DNA of 64,000 nucleotides from an uncultured Helicobacter sp. (GTDB lineage Bacteria; Campylobacterota; Campylobacteria; Campylobacterales; Helicobacteraceae): NCBI GenBank assembly GCA_963559865.1, contig CAUWMC010000003.1, positions 25,056 to 89,055 of the forward strand, read 5' to 3'. Shown piece by piece: positions 55,668 to 64,000 of this stretch (position 1 is its first letter; each line of letters starts with the position of its first letter). The notes under the pieces were generated by a model. It saw only the letters and a program-made list of their open reading frames with translations, ran no database searches and was not told where the DNA came from. The position numbers and the translations under genes were made by a program.

Positions 55668-56430
55668 TCTCACTCCTATATAGTCGCTCCACTTCTGCAC
55701 CTTGCTTTAAGAAGAAATAGTGGTCGCCCTGCATTGCAAAAAATCTATTGTGTTTTATTAAACTTGCGATCTTCTCTCCGCAAAAAATCGGTGTGGCACT
55801 ATCAGATTCACCCCAAAAAATACTCGCCACCCCATTATATGAGCTAAACTCCTTTGAAAAATCCTCATCGACAACATTTTTAAAAGTTTGATACATACCT
55901 TCATTCATTGTATTCACATCACTTGAACGAAACATCTTACCAACACTCCTAAGCCCTAGTTTTCCCATTATCTTAGTTAAAGCGATTTTAAAACGCACCT
56001 TAAAAGGCTTTGGCACTACAATTCCAGCAGATGAAAGTAAAATCAGCTCTTTTGGCTGACACAAAGTCGCCACCTTGCCGCCAAAACTATGCCCAACAAT
56101 CACACATTCACTCGCCTTTCTCCCACTCACTTCATACACAAACTTTTGTATAATAGCAGCATAATCTTGTGTCTGCAAAGCCAATTCATTAGGGCTATTG
56201 CCAAATCCGGGCATATCCACATAAATATGACAAAACTCCCTAAAACACTTGCCAAAGGCAATTTTCATTAAATCCTTATTACTCCCCCAGCCGTGTAAAA
56301 ATAGCATAATAGGCGGTGAATCTTGAGATTGCAAGGATTGAGAATTTGGGGCTAACTCCAAATTGGGCTTTACTATCTCATAGCTTATATCAAATGATAT
56401 GTTTTGATACTCTATCCGCCTTTGTGCCAT
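55654..56430 (-). CDS. Alpha/beta hydrolase (HP0739-like)
   Basis: LHGWG, DMPGFG, GHSFGG and GDHYFF motifs. Confidence 0.9.
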   Translation of the reverse strand: MAQRRIEYQNISFDISYEIVKPNLELAPNSQSLQSQDSPPIMLFLHGWGSNKDLMKIAFGKCFREFCHIYVDMPGFGNSPNELALQTQDYAAIIQKFVYEVSGRKASECVIVGHSFGGKVATLCQPKELILLSSAGIVVPKPFKVRFKIALTKIMGKLGLRSVGKMFRSSDVNTMNEGMYQTFKNVVDEDFSKEFSSYNGVASIFWGESDSATPIFCGEKIASLIKHNRFFAMQGDHYFFLKQGAEVERLYRSESENK

Positions 56431-56433
56431 AGA

Positions 56434-57471
56434 CTATTTTCCTTTTGCGTGATGAATGCGTTCAATATATTTGTAGCTTACCTTGATAGAATGTTTTTTT
56501 GGCAAATTGTCAGCTAAAGATTCAAGCACACAAGCAAAATCTTCAAACAAATAATTCGCCATAGACCCCGGAATAGGGTTAATCTCATTCAAATACACTT
56601 CATCATCAATGACAAAAAAATCGCAACGGATTAAGCTCCCCTCAAAAGCATTTTCATAAAGTTTGGCAAAATTTTGCTGAATCTTCTGCTCAAGACTTTG
56701 ACTAATATCAGCTCTCAAAACCTGTGCTGTGCGAGAAAAGTCCAAATATTTGTTCTCAAAATCTAGCAGTTCTTTCTTGCTTGGCTCTTCTACAATAGAG
56801 TATTTAAACTCATCTCCTATTTTACAGCCTGCCAAATTGTATTCTTTCACACCGCTTTTAAAGCATTCCACCACAATGCTATCATCATACTCAAAAGCCA
56901 AATCTTTAGCATATTCTAGCTCGTCTTCTTTATTCACCACACTTACACCTATGGAGCTTCCAAGACGAGAGGGTTTTAGAATCAACGGATAGGGCAAAGT
57001 AGGATTAGGACTATTGCGAGTGAGAATCTCATAATCTAACACTTTTACACCCCTTGATTTTGCATAAATCTTTGTCAAAGCCTTATTGAAGCTCATTACA
57101 CTAGATTCTATACGCGGACCAATGAAAGGAATATGATAAAAATCAAGCAATGCACTTATACTTCCATCTTCTCCATCTGCGCCGTGTATAAGGCTAATAA
57201 GCGTATTTGGGATAATTGCCTTGAAGCCAAAGAGCGTTTTTTTCACAAATGCACCTCTTTGCAAAAAAATCTCTGTGCATTTTTTATACTCACCTGAACT
57301 AAAAGTTTTAGACTTCATTAGTGCAGAGGGAATAAGGTAGAATCTATGCGAAGAATCTAAAAAAATAAAGTTTGAAATCTTTTCCCCTAGCACCTTCTTT
57401 ACCGCAATAGCACTCACTATACTAATCTCGTGTTCAAAGCTCACACCGCCAAAAATTACATCAAACTTCAT
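56434..57471 (-). CDS. ddl: D-alanine--D-alanine ligase
   Basis: GGVSFEHEIS, HGADGEDG, LGSSIG and LNEINPIPG motifs. Confidence 0.95.
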   Translation of the reverse strand: MKFDVIFGGVSFEHEISIVSAIAVKKVLGEKISNFIFLDSSHRFYLIPSALMKSKTFSSGEYKKCTEIFLQRGAFVKKTLFGFKAIIPNTLISLIHGADGEDGSISALLDFYHIPFIGPRIESSVMSFNKALTKIYAKSRGVKVLDYEILTRNSPNPTLPYPLILKPSRLGSSIGVSVVNKEDELEYAKDLAFEYDDSIVVECFKSGVKEYNLAGCKIGDEFKYSIVEEPSKKELLDFENKYLDFSRTAQVLRADISQSLEQKIQQNFAKLYENAFEGSLIRCDFFVIDDEVYLNEINPIPGSMANYLFEDFACVLESLADNLPKKHSIKVSYKYIERIHHAKGK

Positions 57472-60302
57472 TTTTTCTCCTTGTGTTTTTTATATTTTTT
57501 ATCACGCTCTAATTCTAAAGCTAGATATTTGCCCGTGTAACTTCCACTTTTTGAATGATTTTTAACAATCTGTTCCACAGAGCCACAATCTACGACCTTT
57601 CCGCCACCTGCTCCACCCTCTGGACCAATATCAAGGATATAATCAGCGTTTTTAATCATATCCAAATTATGTTCAATAACAATAACAGAATTGCCCAAAT
57701 CCACCAAATGGTGTAGCACTCTTGTAAGCCTATCCACATCAGCAAAATGTAACCCTGTGGTTGGCTCATCAAGCACATAAAGTGTCTTGCCCGTGTCCTT
57801 ACGGCTAAGTTCTTTGGCGAGTTTTATCCTTTGAGCCTCGCCACCACTTAGTGTAATGGCATTTTGCCCTAATGTGATATAGCCTAGCCCCACATCTTGC
57901 AGAGTTTGCAAACGCGAAGCAATCTTTGGCACTTTAGCAAAAAATTCCAACGCACAATCAACACTCATACCTAACACATCAGCAATGTTTTTACCCTTAT
58001 AAGTAATCTCAAGCGTTTGGGGATTGTATTTCGCACCCTGACACATATCGCATTTCACCATAATATCAGGCAAAAAGTGCATCTCAATCTTAATCTCCCC
58101 TTCCCCTTGACACTTCTCACATCGCCCACCTTTGACATTAAAGCTAAAACGCCCCGCACCATAGCCGCGAATCTTAGATTCTTTAACTTCAGCAAACAAT
58201 GTGCGTATATCATCCATTAGGTGTGTGTAAGTAGCTGGATTACTACGCGGTGTGCGTCCAATGGGGCTTTGGTCTAAATAAATTACCTTGTCTAAATGCT
58301 CCAAGCCAACAATCTCAACGCCATCGCATTTTTGCACTTTTTTAGCATTGTTTAAAAGCTCTTGTGCCACAGGCAAAAGTGTTTGTAAAATAAGAGAGCT
58401 TTTGCCACTCCCGCTTACACCTGTTACGCACACAAACTGCGATAGTGGAATCTTTGTGCTAAGTGCGTGGATATTATTAATATTTACATTTTTGATACCA
58501 AGCCAATGTTCAATCTTACGCTTATGCGGATACTCAATAATCCGCTCACCTTTGACATATTCAGCCGTGAGCGTATGAGATTCTAATAAAGCTTTAACAT
58601 CGCCACTAAAAACAACCTCTCCTCCACGAAGCCCTGCTTCTGGTCCAATATCCACAATATAATCTGCATTCAAAATCGTCTCTTTATCGTGTTCTACCAC
58701 AATAACACTATTACCTTTTTCCTGCAAACTCCGCAAGGTTTTAATGAGTCGCAAAGTATCTCGCTCGTGTAATCCAATACTAGGCTCATCAAGCACATAC
58801 ATCACGCCTGTAAGCCCACTACCGATTTGACTAGCAATGCGAATGCGTTGAGATTCTCCCCCGCTAATACTCCTTGCATCACGCCCCAAACTCAAATAGC
58901 CCAACCCCACATCATAAAGAAAAAATAGCCTTTCTCTTATTTCTTTTAAAATAGGTTGCGCAATAAAGCTTTTTTGAGAATCAAGATAGACAAAATGTGA
59001 ATCATCACTAAAAAACTCATACACCTTTTCAATAGGCAAACTGATAATCTCCCCAATGCCAAGCCCTGCGACTTTTACACTCAAAGATTCTGCCCTCAAG
59101 CGATGTCCGTGGCACTTTTGACACACCTTCTCTGTTGTATAGTCTCCTAACTCCTTATCATCTTTAAACATATCATAAGCAATTTGCAAAATCCCTTTCC
59201 ACGGACGCTTTAGCTTACTTGAACGCCAAGTGATTTCCACCTCTTCTTCTCGCCCATAGAGCAATATACTTTGTTGGGTGCTACTTAGCTCTTCAAAGCT
59301 TGAATCTGGATTAATCTTAGCACTCTTACATAGGGCATAAAACAGCTCGGCGTAATAATTGCGATTAAAGCCAAAAATAATTTTTATTCCACCTTTATTG
59401 AGCGGCTGAGACTTATCAAGAATCTTTTTAATATCAATGGCATACTTTGCACCAAGACCGGAGCAGTCCTCACACGCACCCTTTGGGGAGTTGAAAGAAA
59501 AGCCAAGTGGCTCTAGCTCTTCAAAGCTCACCTTACATTTAAAACACGCAAAATGCTCGGAATAGTGCAAGAACTTCTTCTCATCAACAAGCTCTACTTC
59601 CACTTCGCCATAAGATTCTTTCAACGCTTTTTCCACACCTTGTGCGATACGCGTTCTATTCTCCTCTGTATTGACTACCCTATCTATCACAACCTTAATC
59701 GTGTGCTTTTTATGCTTGGCAAGCTCAAACTCCTCATCAAGCCGCACCATCACGCCATCTACCATTGCGCGCACATAGCCTTTTTGACGCAAAAATTCTA
59801 TTTTATCCGCAAAACTTCCCTTTTTCTCTTTCACAATAGGAGCTAAAAGTATGAGTTTTGAATCTTTAGGGAGAGATAAAATTTGCTCAATAATATCTGT
59901 TTGACTCATTTGCGAAATCTGCTCACCACACAAATGGCAATGCTGAATCCCAACCCTTGCATACAAAAGCCGCAAATAATCATAAATCTCTGTAATTGTG
60001 CCAACCGTGGAGCGTGGATTCTTGCTCGTAGTTTTTTGATCAATAGCAATAGCGGGAGTTAGCCCCTCTATCTTATCAACATTTGGTTTGCCAACCTTAT
60101 CTAGGAATTGTCGTGCATAGCTTGAGAGTGATTCTATATATCGCCTTTGCCCCTCGGCGTAGAGTGTGTCAAATGCGAGTGTTGATTTACCAGAGCCTGA
60201 AAGCCCGGTAAAAACGACAAGCTGATTTTTGGGAATACTCAAATTGATATTTTTAAGATTATTTTCCCTCGCACCTACAATGTGGATATGATCATTTTTC
60301 AA
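57468..60302 (-). CDS. uvrA: Excinuclease ABC subunit A
   Basis: Two ABC cassettes (GLSGSGKS, GVSGSGKS), SGGE signatures and zinc fingers. Confidence 0.98.
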   Translation of the reverse strand: MKNDHIHIVGARENNLKNINLSIPKNQLVVFTGLSGSGKSTLAFDTLYAEGQRRYIESLSSYARQFLDKVGKPNVDKIEGLTPAIAIDQKTTSKNPRSTVGTITEIYDYLRLLYARVGIQHCHLCGEQISQMSQTDIIEQILSLPKDSKLILLAPIVKEKKGSFADKIEFLRQKGYVRAMVDGVMVRLDEEFELAKHKKHTIKVVIDRVVNTEENRTRIAQGVEKALKESYGEVEVELVDEKKFLHYSEHFACFKCKVSFEELEPLGFSFNSPKGACEDCSGLGAKYAIDIKKILDKSQPLNKGGIKIIFGFNRNYYAELFYALCKSAKINPDSSFEELSSTQQSILLYGREEEVEITWRSSKLKRPWKGILQIAYDMFKDDKELGDYTTEKVCQKCHGHRLRAESLSVKVAGLGIGEIISLPIEKVYEFFSDDSHFVYLDSQKSFIAQPILKEIRERLFFLYDVGLGYLSLGRDARSISGGESQRIRIASQIGSGLTGVMYVLDEPSIGLHERDTLRLIKTLRSLQEKGNSVIVVEHDKETILNADYIVDIGPEAGLRGGEVVFSGDVKALLESHTLTAEYVKGERIIEYPHKRKIEHWLGIKNVNINNIHALSTKIPLSQFVCVTGVSGSGKSSLILQTLLPVAQELLNNAKKVQKCDGVEIVGLEHLDKVIYLDQSPIGRTPRSNPATYTHLMDDIRTLFAEVKESKIRGYGAGRFSFNVKGGRCEKCQGEGEIKIEMHFLPDIMVKCDMCQGAKYNPQTLEITYKGKNIADVLGMSVDCALEFFAKVPKIASRLQTLQDVGLGYITLGQNAITLSGGEAQRIKLAKELSRKDTGKTLYVLDEPTTGLHFADVDRLTRVLHHLVDLGNSVIVIEHNLDMIKNADYILDIGPEGGAGGGKVVDCGSVEQIVKNHSKSGSYTGKYLALELERDKKYKKHKEKK

Positions 60303-60318
60303 AGATTATCCTTGTATC

Positions 60319-61899
60319 CTATACATTTACAATCTTCACACCAAGACACGCAGGAATTGCCTCAAGCTCATTAATCGCCTCACTTGGCACATCTGAATCC
60401 ACAAGAATAACCGCCATTGCCTCTTTATTTTGTCTAGCAAGGCGAAAATCTGCGATATTAACCTTATAATTCCCCAAAATGCTTCCCACAAGCCCCACAA
60501 CACCCGGAACATCGGTATTTTTGAAAAATATCATCTTGCCCTTTGGCTCAATATCAAACTGAAACTGATTGATAGAAGTGATACGCAAATGCCTATCCTC
60601 AAATACCGCTCCACTTAAGCTAATACTCTCATTTTGTGTGCTAAGTGTGATAGCAATATGATTTTTATAAGTCTCATTCTGCTTTTTGCAGATTGTCTTT
60701 AGCTCAATGCCACGCTCTTTAGCTACAAATGGAGCATTGACATAATTTATCTTATCTCCCAAACTCGCATTTAACGCCCCAACAAGCCCAAAAGTTTGTA
60801 ACGAATCCGCATACTCACTTATCTCACCCTGTGCTTCTATGCAAATAGAAGTAATCACTCCCTTATTTGCTTGCACAGCTAAGAATCCAAGCTTTTGCAT
60901 AAGCTCAAGGTAGGGCTTTACCATTTTTGGCAGTTCATTTTCTTTAACCGGGAGATTCAGTGCATTAGGATAGCTTGAGCCTCGTGCAGCTTCAATGGCT
61001 GCTTGGGCTGCCTGAATGGCAATTTGCTCTTGAGATTCTAAGGTATTAGCCCCAATATGTGGTGTTACATACACATTTGGCAAATCAAGCAAGGCATTAT
61101 CAATAGCCGGTTCTTTATCAAACACATCAATCCCAGCCCACTTGATTTTACCAGATTCTAGCCCTGCATATAAATCCTTTTCATTATACAGCCCACCCCT
61201 AGCACAATTTATTAAAATCACACCATCTTTCATTTTTTCAATTTGCTTAGAAGTAATCATATTTTTTGTTTCAGCATTTTTGGGTGTATGGATAGTGATA
61301 ATATCACAGGAGAGAATCTCATCAAAATTTGTCGTATAATTGATACCCAAATCTGTGGCTTTTGATGGCAAAATATAAGGATCATACGCTAACACTTCCA
61401 TTTCAAAAGCCTTTGCCCTAATGCCTACACGACTACCAATATTGCCAAACCCGATAATACCAAGCTTTTTGCCCTTTAGCTCAATACCATACCAATCCTC
61501 GCGTTTCCATTTTCTTTCATTTTTGAGCTGGGCATTTGCTCCGGGAAAATTACGCACAGCATTAATCAAATGCGCCATTGTAAGCTCTACTGCTGCAATA
61601 GTATTTGCCGTAGGCACATTCATCACAACAATACCTTTGCGTGAGCAGCCATCAATATCAACATTATCCACACCTACACCAGCACGCACAACCGCCCTTA
61701 TCTGCCCAGAAGATTCCAAAAATCTTTCATCAACATCTGTTGAGCTTCGTGTAATGACAACATCGGCATTTGCTATTTTACCCAACAACTCATCTTTTGG
61801 AATGGAGGCAAGATTCTCCATTTCAATATCATTTTGAGCTAAGAGCAAATCAAGCCCACTTTGATGAATATGATCGCACACGATGATTTTATACTTCAT
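60319..61899 (-). CDS. serA: D-3-phosphoglycerate dehydrogenase
   Basis: RAGVGVDN, GFGNIG, NCARGG and TPHIGANT motifs; C-terminal ACT domain. Confidence 0.96.
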   Translation of the reverse strand: MKYKIIVCDHIHQSGLDLLLAQNDIEMENLASIPKDELLGKIANADVVITRSSTDVDERFLESSGQIRAVVRAGVGVDNVDIDGCSRKGIVVMNVPTANTIAAVELTMAHLINAVRNFPGANAQLKNERKWKREDWYGIELKGKKLGIIGFGNIGSRVGIRAKAFEMEVLAYDPYILPSKATDLGINYTTNFDEILSCDIITIHTPKNAETKNMITSKQIEKMKDGVILINCARGGLYNEKDLYAGLESGKIKWAGIDVFDKEPAIDNALLDLPNVYVTPHIGANTLESQEQIAIQAAQAAIEAARGSSYPNALNLPVKENELPKMVKPYLELMQKLGFLAVQANKGVITSICIEAQGEISEYADSLQTFGLVGALNASLGDKINYVNAPFVAKERGIELKTICKKQNETYKNHIAITLSTQNESISLSGAVFEDRHLRITSINQFQFDIEPKGKMIFFKNTDVPGVVGLVGSILGNYKVNIADFRLARQNKEAMAVILVDSDVPSEAINELEAIPACLGVKIVNV

Positions 61900-61923
61900 A
61901 ACGCACTCCTTTTTTTGTTTTGG

Positions 61924-62388
61924 TTACTGCACACTAAAACTAAGGCGATAATACTTTAAATCTGCCAAAAGCTTTTCATACATAGCCTCATCTGTTAAAA
62001 AAACCATAAGCCTAAGGCTATCGCCTGACTTATAATAGGCAGATTCTATATTATTTTGTCGCAACACCTGCTTAACACAAGCAAATTTATACTCATCTAA
62101 ATCATTAATGCTAATTGAGGAAGGCATACCACGCTTAGAATCCTTATCAGCAAAATCAAATCGCACACTAAGCTCCGTAGCAGGGTAAGCATAGGGCAAC
62201 TCATCGTGATCAGCAAGAGAGTTAAGCCAACTCTCACTTTGCTGAATCTGATTTGTGCTAGTTTGTGGAAACTCAATAGGCTGAGCTTGGAAGCTTGGGG
62301 ATACAGAAATTTTATCTAAATACAAAACACCATAAATCGCCCCACTCAAAACCGCTAAAAGCCCTGCAACAAATGCTAGCTTTTTCAT
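61924..62388 (-). CDS. Conserved hypothetical membrane-anchored protein (HP0398-like position)
   Basis: N-terminal transmembrane segment; lies between rpsA and serA. Confidence 0.65.
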   Translation of the reverse strand: MKKLAFVAGLLAVLSGAIYGVLYLDKISVSPSFQAQPIEFPQTSTNQIQQSESWLNSLADHDELPYAYPATELSVRFDFADKDSKRGMPSSISINDLDEYKFACVKQVLRQNNIESAYYKSGDSLRLMVFLTDEAMYEKLLADLKYYRLSFSVQ

Positions 62389-62402
62389 TGCCTAGCTATC
62401 TC

Positions 62403-64000
62403 CTAAAGGCGATTTTTAAGCTTATCGCCAAGTGTGATTTTTTCTTCCGAGTTAAAGGCTTTGAGCGTTTCTTTTTCTTTTTGTCGCTCAAGTCGCTTGA
62501 TAGAAGCTCTCACTTTATTGTTTTCTTCATCAATGTGAGCAATAACGCACTCTATCTCCTGTCCTGCAGAAATCTCCTCTTTTTTAAGCGGATAAATATC
62601 ATCATTACGGATAAGTGCTTCCATCTCATCAATCTTAACAAAAACACCAAAATCCTTTACATCAATAACCTTGCCAATGACAACATCATCAACCTTATGA
62701 GACTTTGCAAATTCTTTTGCAGGAGAGTGGTCTAAGAGCTTTTTGGATAGTGAGATACGCTCATTTTCTTTATCAATCTTAATGATTTTCACCTCAATCT
62801 CATCGCCAACCTTAAATTCATTTTTGCACTTAAGCTCTTTATCCCAAAACGCATCTTCATTATGAAGCAATCCATCAACGCCATCAAATTTTACAAATGC
62901 CCCAAAATCAGTAAGTGTAACTATCTTACCTTTGACAATTTCGCCCACTTGATGTGTTTTGGTAAATTGTGTGAAAGGCTTATCAAGTAGTCGTTTAAGA
63001 GAGACACGAAGTTTTTTATTTGTCGTATCAATCTCAATAATCTCAACATCAATCTCTTGTCCTACGCTCAAATATTGCGAAGGGTGCTTAATATTCTTAT
63101 CCCAAGAAATTTCAGAGATATGCAAGAATCCCTCAATATCATTACCCAAATCTACAAATGCTCCATACGCCTCAATATTACTCACCATAACCTTGATGGC
63201 ATAGCCTACCTCAAGCTCTTTTTCTATCTCTTTCCAAGGGTCATCACCAAGTGCTTTCATAGAGAGAGAAAGTCTGCGTTTCTTCTCATCATAGCCTAGC
63301 ACCTTAACAACAACCGCATCACCTTCCTTAAAATTCTTTGCTGGATTCACAGGTCCCTTATGACTAAGCTCTGTATAATGCACCAAGCCTTCAATGCCAC
63401 CAATATCAACAAAGATTCCAAAAGGAGCAATTTTTGCCACCACACCATTTTGCACACCATCATTTTCAAGGAGCTTGCTACTCATATTTTGACGATTTGC
63501 ATCATCTAGTTCAAAAAATCTCTTGCGTGAAACCACAATAGAATTGTTCTCTTTATCTAGATTCACGATAGCTACCTTATAAGTCCTACCAATAGCCTTG
63601 TCATCTTCACGCACTGCAGAATCTCGGCGAGGCATAAACACATCTACGCCATCATATTCCAACATAAAGCCGCCCTTATTCTTCTTAATCACCTTGGCTT
63701 CAATAATTTTATCCTTATAATCATCTGCTAGTTCTGCAATTTTCTCAACAATTTTGTGCATTTTTAATGCTTTCTTATAAGACGCACTTGGTCTGCCACC
63801 GCGTCCAGAAGTTACAAACACTTCAATCTTATCACCCTGTTTAAAGAGTAGATTCCCATTTTCATCTTGAATCTCACTTAATCTCAACGCAGCCTCTGAT
63901 TTTTCATTAGGCACAGCCACCATAGCATACTCATCATTTATCGCTACAATCTCTCCAGTCTGTATTGCTCCGCTAACAGCCCTACGCTCACTCGCCTCAA
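62403..64000 (-). CDS. rpsA: 30S ribosomal protein S1 (5' end outside the window)
   Basis: Repeated S1 domains (FGIFVD, YGAFVD, FGAFVK, FGVFVK); the frame stays open from 63923 to the window edge. Confidence 0.95.
   Translation of the reverse strand, partial: EASERRAVSGAIQTGEIVAINDEYAMVAVPNEKSEAALRLSEIQDENGNLLFKQGDKIEVFVTSGRGGRPSASYKKALKMHKIVEKIAELADDYKDKIIEAKVIKKNKGGFMLEYDGVDVFMPRRDSAVREDDKAIGRTYKVAIVNLDKENNSIVVSRKRFFELDDANRQNMSSKLLENDGVQNGVVAKIAPFGIFVDIGGIEGLVHYTELSHKGPVNPAKNFKEGDAVVVKVLGYDEKKRRLSLSMKALGDDPWKEIEKELEVGYAIKVMVSNIEAYGAFVDLGNDIEGFLHISEISWDKNIKHPSQYLSVGQEIDVEIIEIDTTNKKLRVSLKRLLDKPFTQFTKTHQVGEIVKGKIVTLTDFGAFVKFDGVDGLLHNEDAFWDKELKCKNEFKVGDEIEVKIIKIDKENERISLSKKLLDHSPAKEFAKSHKVDDVVIGKVIDVKDFGVFVKIDEMEALIRNDDIYPLKKEEISAGQEIECVIAHIDEENNKVRASIKRLERQKEKETLKAFNSEEKITLGDKLKNRL

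Overview
This is a 64-kb, AT-rich, gene-dense stretch of core chromosome from an epsilonproteobacterium, almost certainly an enterohepatic Helicobacter. The evidence is a FlaA-type flagellin, FlgR, HspR, and H. pylori-like gene orders: can-kdsA-ribH-nusB-pyrF-panC, ychF-pepA-dedA-apt-rpiB-lepB-folD, addA-nhaA-yajC-secDF, gyrA-hyp-flgR, cbpA-hspR-rarA and rpsA-hyp-serA. I saw no tRNA, rRNA, CRISPR array, transposase or prophage. Three things stand out. (1) The interrupted palindrome (T)AGAWTCT(A), with core GAWTC, is iterated roughly tenfold above expectation in genes and intergenic DNA. (2) A ~170-bp hairpin element bounded by that motif is inserted in frame in moaE. (3) A G10 tract frameshifts a membrane-anchored alkaline-phosphatase-superfamily transferase into an apparent OFF phase. 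Other features of note are a divergent stand-alone trpA/trpB pair, two uncharacterised lipoproteins after secDF (one with a 183-aa internal duplication), lineage-specific insertions in SecD, LepB and NhaA2, and gene-conversion-like tracts between tandem nhaA genes. All protein calls come from motif recognition by eye, not database searches.
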